Below, one piece after another: positions 54,201-64,000 of a stretch of 64,000 nucleotides of DNA. A program made the translations under genes and the position numbers. Every line of letters begins with the position of its first letter. The stretch's first letter is position 1. The notes below the pieces were generated by a model, which ran no database searches, was not told the DNA's origin, and saw only the letters and a program-made list of their open reading frames with translations. The DNA is from Chrysomallon squamiferum (taxonomy: Eukaryota > Animalia > Mollusca), in assembly GCA_012295275.1 (NCBI GenBank), contig CM022679.1:9982001-10046000 (forward strand), in the 5' to 3' direction.

Positions 54201-57200
54201 ATATATATATTTATATATATAAATATATATAAAACTAGTATACTGTTGATTTATGTTTATATATAATTAGTATAAAGTAGATTTATGTTTATATACAACT
54301 AGTATACAGTAGATTTATGTTTATATACAACTAGTATACTGTTGATTTATGTTTATATATAACTGTAAAACAGTTTTAAATGTATTAATAAACTTATAAT
54401 TATTTTTACTGAACTGTCTTCATTTTTAAAATACATTTTATAATTTGCTGTTTTGTGAATACTTTACTTAGTCTCAAAGTAAAATATACTAAATCCATGC
54501 CAATGAATCTTCTGAGATAAAAAAAAAAACATTGCCAATTTTTTATGATAAAACATATGCTTACCTCAAAGACTAGCCCATCTCCTGATACTATGACAAT
54601 TCCATACCATTCACTCAGCGAAATACTTTGAACTATTTTGTGAGCATGCCCAGCATATTCTTAAGAAAAAAAAAAAAAGATAAAAATTAAACACACAAAA
54701 CACACACATGGGTCATTGTCTGAAACTGCATGAAACTGCCTTTCACTGTCTTATCAATTCAACAGTTGCATGATGAAAAGTATTGATAATGACAATGATG
54801 ACAATACTATAGAGAATTTTTTTTTTTTTTTCAAATTCTATATTATTAAGCTGGTTAAGAATTTGTTTATGATGGTTTCTGATACTAATAAATTAGCTAA
54901 CAGACAACATATTATATATTATTCAAATTTCAAAATTAGTGATTTGAAAATTTCAAAAGTAGAATCCCAAATGTTTGGTAAAAGAAAATTATAAATGGCA
55001 TGACACCAAATATGGGACCAGAATGCATGTTATTAGGGTGTCAATAAAATAGTGATGATATTTTTAAAAATTAGTTGAATAATATTTTAATCAGCCAAAA
55101 CAAAATATTTCAGCCAAAACTGAATTCGTGCACTGTGTGTTGTAACAAAACAGAGATATTTAACTTTTTGTATTTTTTTAATTTCATTTTTGTGTGTATT
55201 CTAAAAATTATGCCAGTACAAAATATATTCTTAGTAATAAATGTCACTCACAGTGAGTAAAAAATGTAAAAACAAATTATTATTAAAAAACCAAATATAA
55301 TATATTTATGTATACACACACACATACTGCATACATATGTGGAAATAAATAAATATAAAATTTAAATAAAAATTCATCAAACTTTAGTTTCAAGTAATAT
55401 AATATGTAACAATCTGTTTGTGATGGATAATAAATTTATCTTATCAGAGTTTTGGAGGCTGACAGCTGATAATTCTATTACAAATAATGTTTAGAGCTAT
55501 CTTCTAAGGTCACTCTCTGTGAGTTTATAATTTAAAACAAACAGGCCACAGTATGTATTATTTAACACAGTAAAATCAGTTCTTCAACAACAGCAGCAAC
55601 AAACATTATCTGTTTTCATTCCCCAGGCCTTTCTGTCTTTCCAGAAATAAAATACATGCCATACATACAACAATATTTAATGGAATAATTAAAAAAATAT
55701 ATATAAAAATAATAAAAAAAAATAAAAAATAATAAAAAAAAAAAAAATTGAAAAATATTAAAAATTAGAAAAAATTTAAAATTATAATAAATTATTAAAA
55801 AAAAAAAAAATAAAAGAAAATAAAAAAATGAAGTAAAAATGAAATAAATGTCAAATGAAATAACATGGCCAAACTGAAAAGTTGTCAAATTCAGACAAGA
55901 TGTTGACATTCATTACAGCATCAACCAGAACACCATGGAGCCAAAAAAAAAAAAAAAAAAAAAAATAAATTAATTTAAAAAATAATAAAATTATTTCATA
56001 TTTTCTGAAAACTGACAAAATGAGGAAAAAATAATTTTTGTGTGTGTTTTGGAAAGTCTCAATAGGCTCACCTTCCTACATTTTACATTATAACTCTCCA
56101 CATAAAAGTGTACAGCATATCTAAATTAGCATTTCTTGTCAAGACACTTATATTTTGTGCTTTCAAACATCAGCAAAATAAATCAAGAAAACATAAATAA
56201 TAACCTTTCGAATCCTGAGCTCCCATACAGACATGTACCCATTACTGTAAGGTTGCCAGGCAAAATGGTTTTGACTAAAAAAAATTTAACTGCTTGTGTT
56301 AAATTCGGCTGACACAGAGCTTAGAGATTAACTCCAAAAATCGTTGAAGTCACATATACTTCAAGTATGAATTCACAAAAAATAATAAAAGTAATCTCAC
56401 CTGTCACCTCAACTTCGAATGGAATCTCTGCCTCCAGCAGCATTGGACGTATCTGGCCATTAAAGATCTGCAGAGCTTTGCCTGTGCCACTGAAAGGGTT
56501 AATAAGAATCAAGAGTTTCCCAGGAGCTGGTGGAATGAACGTCCCTATATCTGCAACAAATAAATATAATATAATATAATATAATATAATATAATATAAT
56601 ATAATATAATATAATATAATATAATGTGATGTGATGTGATGTGATGTGATGTGATGTGATGTGATGTAATGTAGTGTAATGTGATGTAATACAATACAAT
56701 ACAATACAATACAATACAACACAACACAACACAACACAACACAACAAAAAATTTTTTTATGAAAAATTTGTTTACATTTACACAGCTTGGTTTATACACC
56801 AAAGAAAACAAAACAAATAAAATAATAATAAAATAAAATAAAATAAAATATTACAAATTTAGAATAAATGTAATAAAAAAAAATTGTTACACATGTTGGT
56901 CAGTCTGATGTGCACATGTTTTTTTATTTTAATTTGTTTATTATTGTTATTATTATTATTATTATTATTATTTGTATACCTATCATAGCAGTCACTTACT
57001 TCTGTGTGTCTTTTTGAAATTATATGTATATATGTATACAGACAAATAGATGGATGGTTACAGATAAATAATATAGATATAGATATATATATTGATATAC
57101 ACACATACATACATAGAGTAGATAGGAAGGCAAATAGACACACAGACAAATATAGGGATTTTAAAGTTAAGCCAGTGGCCAGCAGTATTTTTCGCTCAAC

Positions 57201-59214
57201 AAATATGTGTGTGTGTGTCTGTATATGTGTGTGTGTGTGTGTGTTTATCACACTGTGATAACCAGTATCACATTTGTTTACTTAATTATAGTTAATATAC
57301 CAGTAAGAATCCTTATTTTCAACACATATTTGGTGAAATGTACACGCTATCTTTCCATTTGTTTTTCTTCTGATATTATAAGGTCTGGCTTTTTAATTAA
57401 TGAATTAATTTATTTATTTATTATTATTAGTTGGTTTTTTTTTTTAATGTTATTATTATTTGGGGTTTTTTGGGAGATTTTGTGGGTGTTTAGTTTCATT
57501 TTAAAGAATAAAGAAAACTCTGTTTTGACACATTTCTTTTTTTCTCTCTCTTTTTTTCTTTCCTTCAAATATTAATATAACATATCCTAAGCAACAAATA
57601 AAAAATAAAAAAGTTCCAGGTTTTCCATCACCCACAAAGATTAAATTCAACATTTAAAGTTTTCCACATAAATCTTTATTTAACTTAACAATGACTCGGA
57701 ATACAGAACCTTTAACTTTACAACTGAATAGTTTTTATCATTTACATTTTATTGTGTTAGATATCTACATTTTGAGACAGACAATTTATTTTTCATCTAA
57801 TCAGCACTGTGGTACAAAGGTACATAAATAATGAATACATTTAAAAATGTAAATAGCCTAAGTGATAGTTGATAATGGTTCAAGTGTTATTTTTAGGGCA
57901 GCATGAATAAAAAGCAATATTATAATACGTGAAAAAATAACTAGAACAAACCATTATTTGAATATTATGTAAAATTAAGTACGTCTGTACTGACAAAGCA
58001 CAGGCTTGCAAACCATTTAGATACAAATTTACACTTTGTAAAAGGGATTTACTGAGTGCAAATATTAATTTATAATGAAATTTATCTAGTATTTTTATTG
58101 ATTTTCTTTATGAAAGTAAAATATTACTTTGATAAAATTATTTACCTTTTCTATAGATATTTACTTTATTTCAGTTACATTAATATTTCAGATTTCTCTA
58201 AGATATTACATTAAATATGGAACACATTAGTTTTAAAAATCAATTTATTGATTATGTTTACGAAAATATCCATTTCAGGTTCCCGTAAAGAAATGTTTAT
58301 TTCATTTCTTTGACCTCTGAGTATTACAATAATAAGTAGCCAATAATGACTTATTGAAAACCAGGTTATTTACCTTGACCTTACCTGTTGGTAAACAAAT
58401 CTATAAAATGATTCACACTATAATTATCACAGGTGTATAATAAAAGTGAGAATGTTTACCTGACTAATATCACCATTTATGGCAACTTCTTAAACAGTGG
58501 TTGAATAGGCAATATACCCAGGCATAATGCAAAAACTGGATAAGATATGAAAGAGTGGACCAGATATTTTATGACAACTCAGTGTATTGTGACCCTGTAA
58601 TGGTCATTAAAGAAGTTAATAATATTACCTGGGGTTTATCAACCATAATCATAATGTTGTTATGGTTTCTAGGACAGTTTGTAGCTCAGTGGACAGAATG
58701 CAACACTCAGAACTTGAGATGTCACAAGTCACTAGATTTGTTTTCCAAATCCACCCAGCGCCCATGCTATGTCTGAATTTTCATTAAAAAGAGAGGGAAT
58801 TTCTTTCCTGCCTATGGAAAGGAGGATATTTAAAAAAATTATTTGCTATTAATTCAAAGAGAGTAACCCCTTGCGTTCTACCAGCTGGTTTCCTTTTAAT
58901 CTATCAGTGTGATTCCTAAACATTATCACTGAATATATTTTAAGCGTACCATTAAAACAAACATTTCTCACTTCCTTCAAACAGTGACTTTGAAGAAATA
59001 TAATTACTTATTCAATCTGTTATGAAGATTAACTAATAAAATATTCACACAGCACAATTTTGTTATTTATCTCAATTATTTATCTACATGAAAAATATTT
59101 GTGTGTGTAAGTATGTGTTTTTATTTGTGAATTTATATTTTGTATGTATAATTTATGTACATATACATATATGTGTACATGTTCATACACATATATATAT
59201 ATATACACACATGT

Positions 59215-59273
<59 letters not shown>

Positions 59274-60564
59274 TATATATATTCACATATACACAAGCAT
59301 ACATATTTATACTGAAGAACAAATGTAAATTTCAGATGAAGATATGGCCATTTCTGTAGCATCATTATATATAATTTCATTATTAGCTAAACATGTTTGT
59401 TTTTTATTAGGAGTGCTAAAATGTTTAAATAACTGACTGGCAAATTACCTCAGGAAAGCATTTGTAACTCAACAGAATATACTAAATTTTGACAAGTTTG
59501 CTATATTTTAGCAACATTGTTAATTGTTTGAATTTATGAATATAGAAGATAATATTCTTATAAAAAAATAATAATAAAAACAAATGTAGAAAAATTTTAA
59601 AATAAAATAAAAATAATTTAAAATATATTTTTTTTAAATAAAATAAAATAAAATAAATAATAATTAGTAATATAATAGAATATTTTGATAGATTGAAAAT
59701 ATGAACACTGTAACATTTAAACTGCTTAAAAAGAAAAATATGATCTTTTTTCTGAAATGAAAATTTCCCCAAAATATATAAGAATAAAAAAATTAATATT
59801 ATATTTCATATATTTGAATATGTTTAATTTAAATGGTAATCAGCTGAATTAATTATAACAAACTTGTAAAAAATATACATCATTATGTTACATCTGTTAA
59901 TACACAGTCTAAAGCATCTGTAAATTTATCATTTTTTAAATTTAGATAAATAACTATTTGTTTTTATAGAGATTAGTTAAATGCGTCATTCTTCGTTATT
60001 CTTACTTTCCTCTCCAAAATATTACTGTGGACATCTAGGTTTTTGTGTAGATGTAAAGTATTCAGTAATACTTCTGCTAACAAGGCAAAGAACCAGACTG
60101 TAAGATAATCTAAATGAAATAAAAATGAATGAATTACAAACGATATATAAAAACAAAATTGTTAATTTTCTACCTTCTTTAGTAAGAGGCAACTTTCTGG
60201 CTAAGCTGTTAATAGCATTTCTCCAAGTTTCTGCAGTTCGTAGATTAGAATCAAAATCCTCAGAACTATCTACTTCAAAGATAATAACGACTCGTCGACG
60301 AGACAGTTTTGACCGCAACAAAACCTTCTTGATCGGATAGGAAAATATGGTTATAAAAGCAGCAGGCGAGTCGCTGGTTTTTTGACAACGACAACCGATT
60401 ATATCACTAAACTGCACACATTCTGTTTTAACATTATTACCCGTCTGTTTTTTACGATGATACCAAACACCAACGCGAGTGATTTTGACGATATAAATGT
60501 TTTTTCGTTTTGGATAGAGTTTAAACTCTTGAGTTAAAAGAACCTCGTCCTTACTTGTCGCCAT
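51233..60564 (-). CDS. SPHK: Sphingosine kinase (SPHK1/2 co-ortholog; N-terminal PH-like region, DAGK-type catalytic domain), 6 exons, 662 aa
   Basis: Exons 60564-60174, 56550-56401, 54659-54565, 54165-54050, 52818-52598 and 52248-51233 (1989 nt, in phase). Motifs LINPFSGTG, SGDGLVFEVINGLM, LPGGSGNAL, WGLLSDIDYESEKYRRIGEARFT and VDGEKVEYGPIQGQI. Confidence 0.95.
52893..53150 (-). mobile_element. Degenerate SINE-like repeat copy; related fragments at about 1845-1935, 18535-18630 and 44060-44300
   Basis: Shares ttagcagcaag(g/a)aat...tggctgga/tgcttggaa..gggaa with 1845-1935 and is loosely collinear with the reverse complement of 58672-58975. Confidence 0.5.
54233..54364. repeat. 32-bp minisatellite, 4 copies, in SPHK intron 3
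   Basis: Unit aactagtatactgttgatttatgtttatatat. Related units occur at about 53470-53520 and 53980-54005. Confidence 0.9.
56563..56745. repeat. Compound pentanucleotide microsatellite (AATAT)n-(GATGT)n-(AATAC)n-(AACAC)n
   Basis: Directly visible; it abuts the SPHK exon 2 acceptor. Confidence 0.95.
58672..58975 (+). mobile_element. Degenerate tRNA-derived SINE
   Basis: Head gtagctcagtgg resembles a Pol III A-box. The body is about 300 bp, related to other fragments in the window, and ends ttaaaacaaacatttc..cttcc. The B-box is decayed. Confidence 0.55.
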
Positions 60565-60915
60565 TATCACTGGAAAAATGTTTTCATCATGTGATTTATC
60601 ACGTGATACCTAGTTTTTTTCTTTGTTGCATTCGGATGAATACACTGATCACAGAATTGTACGTGACTCAAAATATTTACTTCTGTGTTTATGCGTTTCT
60701 GTGTATTGCTGAATAATGAAAAATAAGATAATATTGACAATAAGTCTAAAAAAATACATGTATAAATAATTATAATTATAAACACTAACATTAACAAACA
60801 AAAATAAAATCAAGCAAATCAACGAAAAATATTAACAGTTTATAGTTTTTACAGGTATTGATCGTTGGTTACTAGGGTTTAAAGTATTGTGATAAATAAA
60901 AGAAAAAGTTTAATA

Positions 60916-61171
60916 CATGCCGTAACTACTTTGAAGCAAATGACGCAAATGCCTCATGCCAAAATTGAATTTTTTTTTTTAAAGATTTGTATTTAAAAAA
61001 TATAAGATATAAATTTCTATTCCGATAGAAACGATATCCACTGGATGAATTCGTTTATTTCTACGAATACCGTTTGAAGCCCCCAGATCCTTAGCCCAAA
61101 TTGTTTTGCCCCGCTCCGCTTGGCGATTAAGTAGCTTTCCCTCATTTCAAAAAAAGTATGGTTACGGCCAT

Positions 61172-61172
<1 letters not shown>
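60916..61172 (-). mobile_element. MITE copy 2 (same family as 7780-8001) inside the SPHK/RPL18 intergenic region
   Basis: Imperfect TIRs catgccgtaactacttt...aaagtatggttacggccatg, flanked by taata on both sides. Confidence 0.75.
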
Positions 61173-61204
<32 letters not shown>

Positions 61205-61448
61205 TTGGTACTGATGCTCCTCTTCTTCTTCTTCTTCTTCTTATTATTACTGAGGTTGTTTTTAATTTGTTTTATCAGATCTTAGAATCGCATTAATTAA
61301 TTTTTTTTTTCTTTCAATTATATTACACAGTCAAAAGTGAGACAACCAAATTATTTATTTTGCTCAACGGGATGAAATTATACTGGGTTACGATGAGACT
61401 GACAAGGTACAGTTTATTGACGTGTCTCGAATTATCTCCCTTGTTTTT

Positions 61449-61470
61449 CCTCTTTTCCGGTTCCTCCATA
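61449..61470 (+). promoter_or_regulatory. RPL18 TCT initiator/5'TOP leader
   Basis: cctcttttccggttcctccata directly precedes ATG|GTGAGA, typical of ribosomal protein genes. Confidence 0.8.
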
Positions 61471-62035
61471 ATGGTGAGATTCACGAGTACATACTGCTAT
61501 GTTATCAAATAAAAATCCATGGCATCTTTAAGTCTATATTTGAATAAAATGCATTTTATGAACATACATTTAATTTATTTGGTATTCTATTCAATTTCAG
61601 GGGATTGATATATGCCATAAATATGACCGAAAGGTCAGAAGAACCGAACCCAAAAGCCAAGATATTTACCTGAGACTTTTGGTGAAAGTAAGTTACCGCA
61701 GTCTGTTCTTATTTGTGTTTATGCTGTTGATTGGTTATGAAAGCGCATGAATAATACATTTTTTTAATATATATATGTTTGTGTACTTTTGATACAGGAC
61801 TGCGTATGTATTACGAAAATAAAATTATTTTATAATTAGTTCATTTACGTATAACACATTTATAGAAGGTTTAAAGTGCTCTCACAAATATTTGTTTTTG
61901 CAAACCAAATGTTTATGTTCATTACAGTTGTACAGATTCTTGGCCCGAAGAACTAATGCAAAGTTCAACAAGGTAATCCTTAGAAGACTGTTCATGAGCA
62001 AAACTCATCGGCCACCACTGTCACTCTCTAAACTG
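61471..62035 (+). CDS. RPL18: 60S ribosomal protein L18 (eL18), 5' part; gene continues beyond the window
   Basis: Exons 61471-61473 (ATG only), 61601-61687 and 61928-62035 give [66 protein letters not shown]. Confidence 0.96.
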
Positions 62036-62944
62036 GTAAGTCTAGTTCTATTGAAATAAGAGAATATAACATTATACTTCATAATGATCTTAGGTTAAAC
62101 ATCTAGTCAAATTTAAAGATGCCTAACATCTCATTTCTATTTGAATATTAATATTTTTTTTCTTTCAGATTTTGTCAATTTTATCATAATTGAAGTTGTT
62201 GTAGTTGCCCTGTATTTACTCCAAGCAAAGAACATTGTTTTATTGAACCTTAAAAACAACAACACAACTTTCATTATGTGAACCAAACTTTCAAACCCCA
62301 GAAATCTGAAAACAAAGTAGTTGAAAAGATCCTTTAAAATGACATCAAGATCAACTGAATATTTTGAATGTTAAGGAAGTAACATTAATTTCAAAAACTT
62401 TTAATAGGTGCTTATTTTCATCCAGTTAAACACTGACCAAAAACTGCTACATTTCTGGGCAAAACCAAACAATGAAAAAACCCTCAGAAAACAAAACTAA
62501 TTATTGTAGGCAAAAATAAAAACAACAGACAGTGCAATAGCATATGCTTGTTTAATTTGCTGGTCTCCCCAGCATTTGTGAAAGGGATGGCAGGAATCAA
62601 TGTAACTGGTGCAAGTCAAAAATATTCATATAAATAATTGCGACAAATGCATTAACTGTTAGCAATTTTATTTTATTTGCAATTAAATAAAATCCAAGTG
62701 TCTGTTGCTGGTGAGTTCTGTCTGGTTGTTCTGTGAATTGTATTTACAAAATATGTGTGTGTGAAATGTGAGACAGTTTTTATTGCTCTGAAAGTAAAAG
62801 ATCGTCACACAGTGTGATAATGAATATTTATGAGAAAGTGACATTGAGTTGCCTATGCACTTTTAATAATAATAGTTTTTATATTATGAGGATCGAGTGC
62901 TTATCTGTTTTCAGAGGACAAAGATAATATTTATATATCTAGGA

Positions 62945-63886
62945 CACTGGTTCTCAACCTTTTTTTGCCAACAGCACACCTTGGAACACATGAAAAAATA
63001 GCAGCACACTTGGCTAAATATATATGAAAAATATTTGAATCTTGCAAAATAAAAACTTGGTAACTGTACACACAGGCTAGTTATAGACGCATAGAATGAC
63101 TCAAACTAAATATAGAAAAACACAGCTGTGAACTCACTTAATTGCAGTGTTTCGAATTTCATCAGTCAGATAGCTGGCTTCTTTAGTGAGAAGTTTGTGC
63201 CTGGCTTTTATTCATAATTTCTCAATGTCTGGTTTGAATATGCCAGACAGAAACACCCTCAATTCTTCACATGAAAAAATAATGGCACACTTCTTGTTTT
63301 TGATATTGTTCAATGTTGAAGCCTACTTCACATGCATAAGGCGTTGAAAATTGTAATAACAGGCTAAAGTCTTAGACGTAATATGGGATACTCTTCAAAT
63401 TAAAAAAGAAAAAATGAATCAATGGGCACAGTCAAATGCTTTAATTTTATCAGTCAGATGGTCACTTCTTTAGTGAGAAAATTCTTCCTGTAACTTTTTA
63501 GTTCAGTATTTGGAAGAATGATTTAATAAAGGATCTCTAAGCCAATCATACTTTTCTGTCTTTAATGACAGAAATTAATTGTTGATGCTTTTGTCCAGGG
63601 CTGTCAGATGAGTAAACACAATAGGGATCATTTCTCTAATGCAGGTAGAATGCAATAAAGGGAACATATCAAGACTGACAGTGATTGCTCTTTTTCCCAA
63701 ATCACTATTTTCTTTTTGAGGGCAGCTAACTTGTCTGTTGAAGTGAGAATATTTTCATTTTTACCTTGCATACTACTGTTTGTTTTATTTTGGGATCACA
63801 TGGTGTTTTGCATTTTCTTAGTGTGCAGTTCAAAATTTCGCGGCACACTAAGAAAGATCTTGTGGTACACTGGTTGAGAATCACTG
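62945..63886 (-). mobile_element. Internally deleted hAT (Charlie/Buster-type) transposon in RPL18 intron 3
   Basis: TIRs cactggttctcaacc and ggttgagaatcactg; 8-bp TSD atctagga/atttaaga (6/8 match). Decayed transposase C-terminus on the minus strand: KYDWLRDP, LLQFSTPYACEVGF, EELRVFLS..KPDIEKL. Confidence 0.85.
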
Positions 63887-64000
63887 ATTTAAGATAACAC
63901 AATTATTATACTGTTGTATGTTAAAAACTTTGTAGTGATCATTGAAGTTCATGTGCAGTAATTAAGCCGCACAGTGCCTGCTGCAGTAGCCTTGATTACA

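Noticed and set aside
54233-54364. 32-bp repeat as a CRISPR array
   Set aside because: The units are contiguous with no spacers; it is an ordinary minisatellite.
58672-58750. tRNA gene
   Set aside because: Only an A-box-like head is present, with no cloverleaf or T-loop; better explained as a decayed SINE.

Overview
Very AT-rich, intron-rich eukaryotic genomic DNA, probably from a mollusc or other lophotrochozoan (inferred from gene structure and repeat style, not proven). I reconstructed the exons by hand for seven genes: SRSF2 (-), RPL34 (-), VTI1A (+), NME5 (-), FBF1 (+, 31 exons, with one apparent 1-nt frameshift), a sphingosine kinase (-) and the 5' part of RPL18 (+). Six of them form three head-to-head pairs: RPL34/VTI1A, NME5/FBF1 and SPHK/RPL18. 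The most notable observations are: (1) the SPHK-RPL18 divergent pair and the SRSF2/FBF1/SPHK linkage mirror human gene neighbourhoods; (2) a MITE resembles mammalian Tigger4/Zombi; (3) two copies of a MITE with 5-bp TSDs both lie near promoters; (4) RPL34 has a 14-nt microexon whose skipping creates a premature stop; (5) SRSF2 has a candidate NMD-coupled 3'UTR exon; (6) a perfect RFX X-box lies between the two ciliary genes. No prokaryotic-type system, CRISPR array, tRNA or rRNA gene is supported. All homology calls are from memory, with no database search.
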